Of a stretch of 64,000 nucleotides of DNA, positions 47,885 through 56,947 are shown piece after piece; position 1 is the first letter of the stretch, and each line of letters opens with the position of its first letter. Under the pieces are notes generated by a model. The model saw only the letters and a program-made list of their open reading frames with translations, made no database searches and was not told the DNA's origin. The stretch spans positions 159,473 to 223,472 of the forward strand of contig CAYGDI010000001.1 of assembly GCA_964348695.1 (NCBI GenBank), in the 5' to 3' direction. Source of the stretch: an uncultured Candidatus Saccharibacteria bacterium (GTDB taxonomy: Bacteria; Patescibacteriota; Saccharimonadia; Saccharimonadales; Saccharimonadaceae). Both the position numbers and the translations under genes were made by a program.

Positions 47885-48361
47885 CTATTTGTCCTCCGGA
47901 TAGGTACTCATCAGTGCAAAAACGTCAGAAATTAGCCGCAGCGGCGTGTTGCACATGGACTGATGTGAGTAGCTCTGTAGCAGCTTCATGTCATCATCGT
48001 TAATGTGTGTTGGCCCGGCATACACAACCACCGGTATCTCTTTGTTCTTCGCTGCATTGAAGACCTTTTTGAAGTCATCTGAGTTGGGAGTATAGCCGAT
48101 AATAGCCAGACGACTGCCGTTGAGTAAATCAGCTTCCCGATTGTCGGACGCAGCTTCACCAACATTGAAGAAACCGACGCGCTTTAATAGTTTTGCCTCG
48201 TGCTTCATTGGTTTATCGGCGGTGCCAATTACACAGATTGGCCGTTTAATATTTTTGAAGAGACGACGCTCCTTCTTGTGGAAGAAACTAAGCCACACCG
48301 CCGCTCCAACGAAGCCACCTACGAGTGGCCAAAGAGTTTGAATTGTAGACCAGGGGTCCAT
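47885..48361 (-). CDS. single-pass membrane protein with a cytosolic Rossmann-like alpha/beta domain
   Basis: ATG follows GAGGG plus 5 nt. TM segment WPLVGGFVGAAVWLSFF. Alternating beta-alpha pattern (ICVIG / AIIGY / PVVVYA). Its stop abuts the NTase ATG. Confidence 0.65.
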   Translation of the reverse strand: MDPWSTIQTLWPLVGGFVGAAVWLSFFHKKERRLFKNIKRPICVIGTADKPMKHEAKLLKRVGFFNVGEAASDNREADLLNGSRLAIIGYTPNSDDFKKVFNAAKNKEIPVVVYAGPTHINDDDMKLLQSYSHQSMCNTPLRLISDVFALMSTYPEDK

Positions 48362-48509
48362 GGTTACCCTCACTTTCGTGAAATAAATTTATATATGTTT
48401 TGTTTTTCCAGCTTTAAACTAGTAATTTTTGTTTTTGCAAGAGGTTGGGCTTTTGCCGGTTGATCGCCTTTCAGTCAATCGGTTAAAGTCTGATATTCTT
48501 GATACAAAA

Positions 48510-48538
48510 ATATTATCACAAGCAATTTGAAAAGTCAA
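48510..48538 (-). promoter_or_regulatory. sigma70-like promoter of the three-gene NTase cassette
   Basis: Minus strand reads TTGACT-17 nt-TAATAT, about 150 nt upstream of the ATG at 48361. Confidence 0.45.
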
Positions 48539-48569
48539 CATATATATTGTCTATTATGCTTATGCTTAA

Positions 48570-50225
48570 TCAATTATAGCTACGACGAGTTGCGACTATC
48601 GCAAATGCGCTGGCGGTGAAGAGGGTGATAGTTAGCAAGTTCTCTACTATATTTGGCTGCTGTGGGGCGAAACCTGTGTTTGGCGCATCTGGGGCGTTTG
48701 CAATACCTACTGGGTCGACTATGGCGCCATTTGCAGTGCCGTCAGTGTCATATGGGCCACCGTCTGTTAGGTTGTAGGTCACAGTGGTCTTTTGCACGCC
48801 GCCGACTGTTGTAGTGCCGAATGTTGCGCCTGCAACGGTAGTGTATGCGTGTGTGGTTGGGTTGTAGTGGCGTAAGACGGCTTTGCTAGTGTCGTAGACT
48901 TTGTCATAAATGATTGTGACCGGAACAGTTGCGCCAGCTGTTGGGCAATATAGTGTAAAGCCTGTGAGGTTGATGATCGGGCTGAAACCGGTGTCGGTTG
49001 CTAGGCTGCTAGCGGCGGTAGATTCTGGTGTATCGAGTGTGCAGCCACCTGCGCTAGGTACTGTCACAGTGCTGAATACCCCATTTGTGTCGCTGATTGA
49101 ACCTACGTAGGGCTGGAAGCTGTCATCTGTGCTGTCGCCGTTGGCGTCGCCTAGGTTTGGTACAGTTGGGCTTTCAAAATCTGCGATGCCTCGTAGTGTT
49201 GGGTAGCCAGTTGTTGTTTGCCATACGTTCGTGAAATCCCAAGCATTTAGCGGTGCATTTGTACTGTTGTTTTTGAAATAATTTGGCGTGCTATTGCCAG
49301 AGTTTACACCTGTACAGACACTACCACCTCCGCAGGTACTAGTGCCGTTACTAGTAATATCAAAGTAGTTGTTGGTATATGTGCCACTACCGTTAGAGCC
49401 GACCAAACCACCGTAACTACTGCCACCAGTGCGTGCGACTGCCGAGAAACTATTGCTGACTGCGGTTTGGTTGACTCCTACTAGCCCGCCGTTATACTGG
49501 CTGCTGTTTGCGTTGAAAGTCATACCGGAATACACTCGGTTGATTGTTCCGCTAAAATTTGCCCCCGCGATACCACCTGCATAGCTAGCATTTGAGTTAA
49601 ATGTTCCGCTAGAAAAACTGTCGGTTATAGATGTGCCAGAGTCCCATAGATCACCTACCAAACCGCCAGTATAAGACGAATTGGTAGTGATGGAACCACT
49701 GAAAGAACTCTTTGAAATAGCTGTGGTGCCGTTCACATCACCTACTAGCCCGCCGCTGTAAGCCGCGCTAATACTATTCAATGTCATACCCGAGTGGACG
49801 TTTGTAAATGTGCTATTGCCATATGATGATGCGGCAAAACTGCCAATGTATCCGCCAGTAACGCTACCACTGACTATCCACAGGTTTTTGATTGCGCCGC
49901 CGTTTACGCTTTCGAAGAGCCCTTTGTCGTCAACATTGAGGTTTGTAATCTTGTTGTTGCGGCCGTCTAGTGTGCCTGTGAATGTACCAAGATGGGTAAA
50001 GCTAACTCCGTTGCAGTTGATATCTGAAACCAAAACATAATAACCTGCAAGATTATTGTTTATTTCCTGAAGTTGGCTACAGTTTGCTATGCGGTATGGG
50101 CTGCCACTAGTACCTGCGCCGTGACCGGTGAAGGCGCTGGCTGGTGTGGAAGTAACGAAGATTTGCAAGGTTAGTAATAAAGCAATGAACAATGAGCCAG
50201 TTTTCACCCTCTGCAGTACTCGCAC
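48570..50225 (-). CDS. secreted GLUG-repeat surface protein with an APNTG sorting signal
   Basis: Signal peptide, at least 5 GGLVG/GGIAG repeats, and a C-terminal DAPNTGF plus hydrophobic segment plus RRSYN. Confidence 0.8.
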   Translation of the reverse strand: MRVLQRVKTGSLFIALLLTLQIFVTSTPASAFTGHGAGTSGSPYRIANCSQLQEINNNLAGYYVLVSDINCNGVSFTHLGTFTGTLDGRNNKITNLNVDDKGLFESVNGGAIKNLWIVSGSVTGGYIGSFAASSYGNSTFTNVHSGMTLNSISAAYSGGLVGDVNGTTAISKSSFSGSITTNSSYTGGLVGDLWDSGTSITDSFSSGTFNSNASYAGGIAGANFSGTINRVYSGMTFNANSSQYNGGLVGVNQTAVSNSFSAVARTGGSSYGGLVGSNGSGTYTNNYFDITSNGTSTCGGGSVCTGVNSGNSTPNYFKNNSTNAPLNAWDFTNVWQTTTGYPTLRGIADFESPTVPNLGDANGDSTDDSFQPYVGSISDTNGVFSTVTVPSAGGCTLDTPESTAASSLATDTGFSPIINLTGFTLYCPTAGATVPVTIIYDKVYDTSKAVLRHYNPTTHAYTTVAGATFGTTTVGGVQKTTVTYNLTDGGPYDTDGTANGAIVDPVGIANAPDAPNTGFAPQQPNIVENLLTITLFTASAFAIVATRRSYN

Positions 50226-50335
50226 TTAAATCCCCTCGTATAAGTATTGGTTATGATTATAGATAATGAGCGTAAGCGAGTCAATCTATTTTCATCGGGA
50301 TTGAAAAGGAATCTAAATGGTGTTGTAATGTATAT

Positions 50336-50713
50336 ATGAAATACCATGGGGAGTTCGAGAGGTTCGTTGACGAACTGAGTGTTGTCGATCTAGTAGAGGC
50401 GGTAAATGAACGCACTTCTTATCTGTCTTTTTTTGAATACGAAGATCATGATGAGTTTTTGAGGTTAGTTGATATGGGCGAAGAGGCGCTGCCTGAGCTT
50501 TTCGATGCCCTAGCGAACAGTGAAATCGATGGCTGGATATGTTTTGTTGCTATAGGCAAGATAGCAGACGATCTGAGGATGCCCAGAATACCTATGCCCG
50601 AAGGTGCTATAGGCGACTACACTATGGACTACGACGTAATACGCCAAGCTTTTGTGGACTATGGCGATGAGCATGGATTTGTTGTTCGTGATGGAGAAAG
50701 CCATACTGCCTAA
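50336..50713 (+). CDS. hypothetical acidic protein
   Basis: 125 aa with normal composition. A -10-like TGTAAT lies 6 nt upstream of the ATG. Confidence 0.5.
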   Translation: MKYHGEFERFVDELSVVDLVEAVNERTSYLSFFEYEDHDEFLRLVDMGEEALPELFDALANSEIDGWICFVAIGKIADDLRMPRIPMPEGAIGDYTMDYDVIRQAFVDYGDEHGFVVRDGESHTA

Positions 50714-50731
50714 GATCTAAGGTTGCTGATC

Positions 50732-52651
50732 TTAGATTTGTCTTTGTGCCACAGTGAAGCTGTGAGCTAGTAGCCCGAGTCCAATGAAAATCATAATGAT
50801 GTACAAGGCATAGTCAAACTCTTGTATACCGGTATTTGGAGCGCCTGCGGCGCTAGATGCAGACGAGCCGCTAGGGCTAAAGACTGCAGGGCCTGCCGGG
50901 TCGACAATGACGCCGTTTGCTAAACCATCATCATCTAATGCTCCGCCGTCGGTCACTTGGTAGCTGACGACTAGGACTGACCTACCGCCAATAGTTTGTG
51001 TTGAAATATTCGCAACCGAAACTGTCTGGTAGCTGCCATTTACGTATTTGCGCAGTGTAAAATCTTGTGCTGGTGGGTCGTAAAAATACTGTGTTACAGT
51101 GGTCGTAAAGCCTGGTGTGCCACAGTTTGCGGTGAAATCTAGCAAGCCCAGTGGGTATGTATAGCTAGTATCGCTACCAAGATCGCTAGCGCGTCGTAGC
51201 TGAGTGCTGCTGAGGGTACAGCTACTGTTGACAACCAGTGTGCTGTACTCTCCCGTGATGGAATTTACGATCGATGTGACATGATCTTGGGTGGAATCGT
51301 CTGTACCGTCATCGTCACCGTCGCCGCTATTTGGAGCTGCTCGTTCGGTGGCATTTTCTATACCATCGCCATCATCGTCATTTGTAAGGGTGAGTGTCGA
51401 TGTTCCAACGTTGTTAGTAATGCCGGAAAGTCCCGAAACGCTGGCAGAAGAGATGGTGTAACTACCGGCTATGGCTGATTGAACAGGTACAGAAACAACA
51501 CAGTTTGCACCACCAGAGACGGTACCTCCGGTAATAGTCACCGTGCTACCACCTGTGTTTGCAGTCAGCGTACCGCCACAGCCGTTTGTCTTTGTACCAG
51601 AACCTAGCACAAGGTTGTTCGGTAGTGTGAATGTGTATGCCAAACTGTTTGCCGATGTCAGCAATGTGTTGACGATAGAGATGCTCATCTGTACAGGCGT
51701 ATCGAGCTCGGCCGAAGATGATGCTAGTGAAGCGTTGAGGTTTGTCCCCTGTTGTGTGGCGAACTGTTCTAGACTGGCGGTTTGTGTACCCGGTGTAGAA
51801 CCTAAGTTCCACTGTGTCATCAAACCTGCATCGTGGTTACTAGCTGTCACAACATAGCCGATATTACCACCGGACTGAACGGTGCCATACGGTACACTAA
51901 AGCTTTGTGAAGTTGCGCCATCGAATATCTTTGAACCTGAAATTTCGCGGAATCCGAACATGATTTGTGACGAAGTATTGAGTGATATCACAGAACGCAC
52001 GGGCGAAGTCAGCATGATACCGTAACCTTGGTCTGAAGAGCCTGGTGCGGTGTCACCACCTAGATAAAATTTGACGGCTTCGGTATTGCCATCCGGTATT
52101 GTGAATGTGTACGAATCTGTCACATAGTCGTTTGGATATGTATAGGTGACGGTACGATCCATTGTGTACGTCATGCTGTTTTTGACTGCAGTATAGCGTA
52201 CAGTTGCGGCTGAATTGCCTGTCGTCGAGGTTCGCGTGCCAGTCGATGTTGCGCCAGAGGTCGAGATGATTTGTATAGATGACCAGTTGGCTGCACTACC
52301 TGCTGGTCCTGATTGTCCGTATAATGTTCCTCCAACATTGAGCATCGGCGCACCTGCACCGCAACAATATTGCCTGGTTGCACGATAAACTACACCGTCT
52401 TGGCCAGCCACTGCAGAGTCGTAGCTAGAGCCACCTGGGGCTGAATTGATAGTAAAACGTAGTCCGTCAGAGCCGTTAGTTTGTATACCACCACCTGGGT
52501 TGAGGGTGACTTGTTCTACGCCTCCCTGCCCACTAGCGGCGTTCGCATCTGAAGCGGCGTAGATGAAACCTAAAGTCGCAAGAATGACGAGCATAGCGCC
52601 AATGAACGCTTGTATAGATATGTGTAGTATATTTCGTTTCTGTTTGTACAC
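50732..52651 (-). CDS. secreted surface protein with an APNTG sorting signal
   Basis: Signal peptide, Thr/Ser/Gly-rich beta-rich body, the shared C-terminal module VTDGGALDDDGLANGVIVDPAG, then GAPNTGI plus a TM segment plus a basic tail. Confidence 0.8.
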   Translation of the reverse strand: MYKQKRNILHISIQAFIGAMLVILATLGFIYAASDANAASGQGGVEQVTLNPGGGIQTNGSDGLRFTINSAPGGSSYDSAVAGQDGVVYRATRQYCCGAGAPMLNVGGTLYGQSGPAGSAANWSSIQIISTSGATSTGTRTSTTGNSAATVRYTAVKNSMTYTMDRTVTYTYPNDYVTDSYTFTIPDGNTEAVKFYLGGDTAPGSSDQGYGIMLTSPVRSVISLNTSSQIMFGFREISGSKIFDGATSQSFSVPYGTVQSGGNIGYVVTASNHDAGLMTQWNLGSTPGTQTASLEQFATQQGTNLNASLASSSAELDTPVQMSISIVNTLLTSANSLAYTFTLPNNLVLGSGTKTNGCGGTLTANTGGSTVTITGGTVSGGANCVVSVPVQSAIAGSYTISSASVSGLSGITNNVGTSTLTLTNDDDGDGIENATERAAPNSGDGDDDGTDDSTQDHVTSIVNSITGEYSTLVVNSSCTLSSTQLRRASDLGSDTSYTYPLGLLDFTANCGTPGFTTTVTQYFYDPPAQDFTLRKYVNGSYQTVSVANISTQTIGGRSVLVVSYQVTDGGALDDDGLANGVIVDPAGPAVFSPSGSSASSAAGAPNTGIQEFDYALYIIMIFIGLGLLAHSFTVAQRQI

Positions 52652-52752
52652 CTTTTCCCCTATTGATCCCAGTTCTCACACTTTTGTAGGATACTTATGA
52701 TCAAGAATACTACTGTAGTCAAAAAAACACAAGCTTAATCTTTTGCGAACTA

Positions 52753-53739
52753 TTATTGAAAAAACAAACTCCACACGTAAAATAGCCCGAAAAGAACAAG
52801 TAATACGATTGTGGCTACAGGTACTTTTGTTGCAAGACGTTTGCCTGGTGCCGCGATGACATTTTGACTGCGGTCACCTACCCGAGAATCGGCGTAGTAG
52901 TCGGTCTGCTCGGTGAATTCTTTGTTCAAAAGATTGGCGATACTCACGATCTCTTGCAAGCGTTTGGCATCTGTGAGTTTGAGCTTTGACGGTGAATATA
53001 GATATAGTGAGTCGTCGATAATTTCGCAGTCGTAGTCATGAGCGGCATCTATCATAGCCTGCATAACATCAGGTGTAAAGACGTACAAAGCATCGGTTTT
53101 GTACTGTGCTGGTGCGAAGAGTGTGAAGTGTGAATTAAAATCTCCTTCTAGCTCTAGTTTTTGATCATTAGAAAATCCTGTTGGCAGATTGGTGAATTTG
53201 CCAAAGAGATTGTTCTTTTTTGCATCGAGCACCATGTGAGGTAATCTCCGCGGCAGTTTGATACGAACATATCCGTAGTCGTGTGTTTGTCTATTTTTTC
53301 CACTACCAGTTTCGTATTGGTAGTTGCCTATTTCGGCAAAAGCTTGATTGGCGGCACTTAGTACAGAAGTAAACTCTTGTGAATCGCCTTGTTGGAATAT
53401 CAAGCCTGGGCGACCATCAAATCCGAAAGATTCTTTGTATGTTAGGTTGTTTTGTTTTGCAAATTCTTTCAGGCGAATATGTTTTGCTGCTGAAAAGTAA
53501 AGACCTATGACAACAACGAGTATGAATACGCCTATAAAGAAAAAGAAAAAAGCATTTTCTATCAGTATGAGCGCCAGAAACATACAGGTAAACGCTATGA
53601 CAACAGCAGCGGTATATGTGATAATATTTGTTTCGAAACTACCTGCTCCATGTGCGATTCTTTCTTTGAAAGTGACTTTTCTCGAAAGAGCCGAGTAATC
53701 AAGTGGCTTGTTGTTCGTGATACTACCCTCGCTGTTCAT
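52753..53739 (-). CDS. hypothetical membrane protein (2 N-terminal TM, 1 C-terminal TM)
   Basis: 328 aa. TGTTATAAT lies 8 nt upstream of the ATG (leaderless-type). Confidence 0.6.
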   Translation of the reverse strand: MNSEGSITNNKPLDYSALSRKVTFKERIAHGAGSFETNIITYTAAVVIAFTCMFLALILIENAFFFFFIGVFILVVVIGLYFSAAKHIRLKEFAKQNNLTYKESFGFDGRPGLIFQQGDSQEFTSVLSAANQAFAEIGNYQYETGSGKNRQTHDYGYVRIKLPRRLPHMVLDAKKNNLFGKFTNLPTGFSNDQKLELEGDFNSHFTLFAPAQYKTDALYVFTPDVMQAMIDAAHDYDCEIIDDSLYLYSPSKLKLTDAKRLQEIVSIANLLNKEFTEQTDYYADSRVGDRSQNVIAAPGKRLATKVPVATIVLLVLFGLFYVWSLFFQ

Positions 53740-53794
53740 ATGAAAGTATTATAACATCTTGGATATTGTAAAAGCCGACGGAGGTTTGGTGACC

Positions 53795-53968
53795 TCACGC
53801 CGGCTTGAAACGAAAGAACATTTTGAGCCACTGGAGTACTCGGCTCGGTGTTCGTTCGCTGTGAAAAAGTGAATTGACTGCACCGCAATAGCGGCAGACG
53901 ATTCTGGCTCCTATGCCATTTTTTAGCAATTTGCTTGTCTGAGTGTGTTTGCATTCTCTACAGATCAT
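53795..53968 (-). CDS. small zinc-ribbon protein (CxxC...CxxC)
   Basis: MICRECKH...IVCRYCGAV. AAAGGAG lies 11 nt upstream. The start is uncertain. Confidence 0.4.
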   Translation of the reverse strand: MICRECKHTQTSKLLKNGIGARIVCRYCGAVNSLFHSERTPSRVLQWLKMFFRFKPA

Positions 53969-54040
53969 GCCCTGTACTACTCCTTTTTGCGTGGTTTGCA
54001 AAAAACCAATATCTACATGTTACTACACAATATGTCTAAA

Positions 54041-54661
54041 TCATTTAGAAATGATTGGTGATTTTTGGACAAAGCTATTTTGTTCGAGGACTTGCAAAAT
54101 TGCGCTGGCTACCTCGTCGCGGCCAACATATGGTTTGGTAGGCCCGTTTTCACGTAGTGTGAAGGGTTTTTCGGCGACATTCTGTAGTTTGAGTACCCGA
54201 ATAACTGTCCAATCTACATCACTTTGCTCTAGTAGTTTGACGTGTTCTATGCCGTCTTTGACACGGTTTGGGTCGACGATACTGATACCGAGGTTTAAGA
54301 ATCTATCTAGAAGCGTTATTTTGTCGCCAGGAAAGCGCACGCCAGTACCTGTCAGGCTGACGATACGTGTGACGCCTGTGGATTTCATGCAATCTATAAC
54401 TGTAGATATAGCCTGAGTCTGCACATGAGCTGGTGAACCTTTGACATGGCCGATCAGGCTGACGACTGCATCGCAGCCAGTGATAAGTTCCTTGACCTGA
54501 TCTGGATTTGTTGCATCGCAATCAACTGTGGTGAGTTTCGGGTTATTTGGCAGGTAGCTTTTGCCTAGTATGCCACCGCGGACCTGGTGGCCAGCATCGA
54601 GCGCCTTTTGTACAAACGCTTGCCCACTACGGCCATTGGCTGCAATAACGGCAATTTTCAT
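54041..54661 (-). CDS. NAD(P)-binding atypical SDR (NmrA/BVR-B-like)
   Basis: MKIAVIAANGRSGQAFV matches the GxxGxxG variant of the NAD(P)H-binding family. Its ATG overlaps the heliorhodopsin TAA (TAATG). Confidence 0.75.
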   Translation of the reverse strand: MKIAVIAANGRSGQAFVQKALDAGHQVRGGILGKSYLPNNPKLTTVDCDATNPDQVKELITGCDAVVSLIGHVKGSPAHVQTQAISTVIDCMKSTGVTRIVSLTGTGVRFPGDKITLLDRFLNLGISIVDPNRVKDGIEHVKLLEQSDVDWTVIRVLKLQNVAEKPFTLRENGPTKPYVGRDEVASAILQVLEQNSFVQKSPIISK

Positions 54662-55425
54662 TATGGTCGCAGTGTACCGGCAAAGACTTGCCAGGCTAGT
54701 AATGATTTTGCAACTAGGCTGAGGATGATGTACGCACGTTCGCCGTATAAGTAATTCGCCCAAGGGCCGATCTTTTTGTATTGCAACACCATATTGAGTG
54801 CAAAGCAGTTAAAGAATACAAAGATAGATACGAATATCCAGTAGACAAATGTTGGGGCAGCGCTGCCGTGGTCGGCGCCTGCCCACATGTACAGTGCGAT
54901 AACTGCCCATGGCACGATACCAGCTAGACAGCCTATCCAGTAGCTGAGCCAGTTGGTCTTTTCGGTAGTTTGGTTATGAATCTCCATCACTAATCCCATG
55001 AGGTTCATGATTGCCGCTAGGACAAATATCATCAACAAGCTAGCACTGTCGTATATGCCGACCAATAGCGCAATTGCGACCATCATGACACTGGCAGATA
55101 TAGAATATTCTATCCAGCGGGCTTTGTTGATGCCCTTTTTGAGGTTTTTGTTGTACGCACGATTATAAACTGTGGCGATCGTAAGGTGTGCAATTGCTGA
55201 GAGGAAGAAAAATGATGCGATCAATGCAGGTAGTGATAGATCGAATAATGTGTCACTAGTTGGCTGTAGGCTGCGGGTTGCTGGGTCAAATGTCAGGTAG
55301 CTGACGCTAATCGGTAGTTCGAATGTTTTACTGAGTAGCAATACGGCTACACCCTGGGCTGCATGTAACGCTGCCGCTATTAGATTTAGTTTTCGTAAAC
55401 TTTTAGGCGTGATTTCCTTTACCAT
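54661..55425 (-). CDS. heliorhodopsin
   Basis: 254 aa with 7 TM segments. Long stretches align with my remembered heliorhodopsin 48C12 sequence: RWIEYSISASVMM, WIGCLAGIVPWAVI, FVYWIFVSIFVFFNCFAL and YGERAYIILSLVAKSLLAWQVFAGTL, the last including the Schiff-base Lys. Confidence 0.85.
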   Translation of the reverse strand: MVKEITPKSLRKLNLIAAALHAAQGVAVLLLSKTFELPISVSYLTFDPATRSLQPTSDTLFDLSLPALIASFFFLSAIAHLTIATVYNRAYNKNLKKGINKARWIEYSISASVMMVAIALLVGIYDSASLLMIFVLAAIMNLMGLVMEIHNQTTEKTNWLSYWIGCLAGIVPWAVIALYMWAGADHGSAAPTFVYWIFVSIFVFFNCFALNMVLQYKKIGPWANYLYGERAYIILSLVAKSLLAWQVFAGTLRP

Positions 55426-55485
55426 AATCGCAATATAACATAAGCATATTAAAAATGCCTAATATTGTTTTTGTTGCAAGTTGTT

Positions 55486-55998
55486 TTACAGCGCTGCTTC
55501 GACTGCTGCCCAGGTAGCGTCTGGGTTGTCTTCCGGTACTACTATGCTGACCTGGTCGCCTAGTTTTGCTTTGAAGTACGTTACACTAGCGAGCAAAATA
55601 CGGTATTCTGTACCATTGACTTCAACAAAATAGCCGCCATCGTGTTGCATCAGAGTGCCGATGACTTGTTTTCGCGGTACTGGACCTATTTGTTTGTAGA
55701 GAAAGTTTCCGCCCTCGGCTATGGTTAGTTTCAAAATATCGCCTTCGACGAGTTTTGATTTAGATGCGTAGTTTGCAGGTACTGGGTATGTTTTACCATC
55801 TGGGCCGATCATACTTTGACCGTCAAAAACTCCTTCGATAACCTTGCCTGTGATTTCTTCTGGTTTGACATGAGGTAGAGCAGACTCGTCGTCACCTACT
55901 ATACTGATTAATAGTTCTTTGGCAGCAGCCAAGTTTGTTTCGGCTTCCTGAATAAGGCCTCTTAGCCTTTTTGCTTGTTTTTCTGGTAATTCAGACAT
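55486..55998 (-). CDS. hypothetical protein
   Basis: 170 aa with an N-terminal coiled coil and a beta-rich C-terminus. Confidence 0.6.
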   Translation of the reverse strand: MSELPEKQAKRLRGLIQEAETNLAAAKELLISIVGDDESALPHVKPEEITGKVIEGVFDGQSMIGPDGKTYPVPANYASKSKLVEGDILKLTIAEGGNFLYKQIGPVPRKQVIGTLMQHDGGYFVEVNGTEYRILLASVTYFKAKLGDQVSIVVPEDNPDATWAAVEAAL

Positions 55999-56132
55999 GT
56001 ACTCGCATGTTCCTATCTGTCTGTTTTTGACTTATTTCTATCCCTCGCAGAATACCACTCATACCCCCTTTTAGTCAACAGTTTTCTTTTCCACAACAAA
56101 ATATGAGGTAAGGAGAAAAGCGTTGTAAAAAA

Positions 56133-56546
56133 TTATTCACTGCCTTCTACTGATCGCGGTAGGTCTAGAAATTCTGATGCATCTGCATCGTGTAGTACGG
56201 CTGCTAGGGCTTGCGTACCAAGACTAATATTGTTCTCGACTGACTCTGTTCTCTTTTGCCATTCACGTGCTATGCCAGACAGAATGAGCTGCTGGCATTC
56301 GTCGTAGCTGACTCGGGTTTCTGGCAAAAACTTTGCAGTGAGTTGCAAAGTCATAACATCGAGTGTTTTGACAAAATCATCCAGATCTATCACATGTTCG
56401 TGATCGGTTGTCGCTGCCGAAAAAAATCTTCTATATAGTAGGTCTCGATATTCCATGACAGCATCCCATCCTTCGCTGTTTTTGTCTATACGGTCTAGCA
56501 AAATTTTATATGCATCTTCTCTTGCTTGTGCGGATGGTTGTTCCAT
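56133..56546 (-). CDS. hypothetical acidic protein
   Basis: 137 aa with normal composition. Confidence 0.55.
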   Translation of the reverse strand: MEQPSAQAREDAYKILLDRIDKNSEGWDAVMEYRDLLYRRFFSAATTDHEHVIDLDDFVKTLDVMTLQLTAKFLPETRVSYDECQQLILSGIAREWQKRTESVENNISLGTQALAAVLHDADASEFLDLPRSVEGSE

Positions 56547-56704
56547 ATGGTCCTCGCTTTGTTAGATACAAGCTAGTATAACACTATATAAATAGAATTT
56601 ACACAATAGTCATAAAATGTTTCTCTCTCGCAACAATCAACGTTTTGATTGCTAAGAGAGAGGACAGAAGGAAACTGCTGAGCCTCTCGTTTTTGCATGC
56701 TCAC

Positions 56705-56908
56705 TTAGTTGTTACTAAGTGAGATAAGCGGTGCGGTAATACCTGCTTGTGTGCGCAAACAATGTGAACACACACCTCCTTTGCACAAGCCTCCTTCGAT
56801 ACGCAGGCTTGCTCCTCGACGTTTGTAATAGTCATCGTCGGGCAAGCAAGTATATTGTCTGCCGCAGTCTTCGCATTCAACTTTCATGTATCTTTGGTCG
56901 ATTGTCAT
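56705..56908 (-). CDS. small Cys-rich zinc-ribbon-like protein
   Basis: 67 aa with CEDCGRQYTC...CKGGVCSHC. RBS GGTGGAGAG. A hairpin terminator lies downstream. Confidence 0.5.
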   Translation of the reverse strand: MTIDQRYMKVECEDCGRQYTCLPDDDYYKRRGASLRIEGGLCKGGVCSHCLRTQAGITAPLISLSNN

Positions 56909-56947
56909 GTCTCTCCACCTCGCTACATATGTGTGGGCGGGTTTAGC

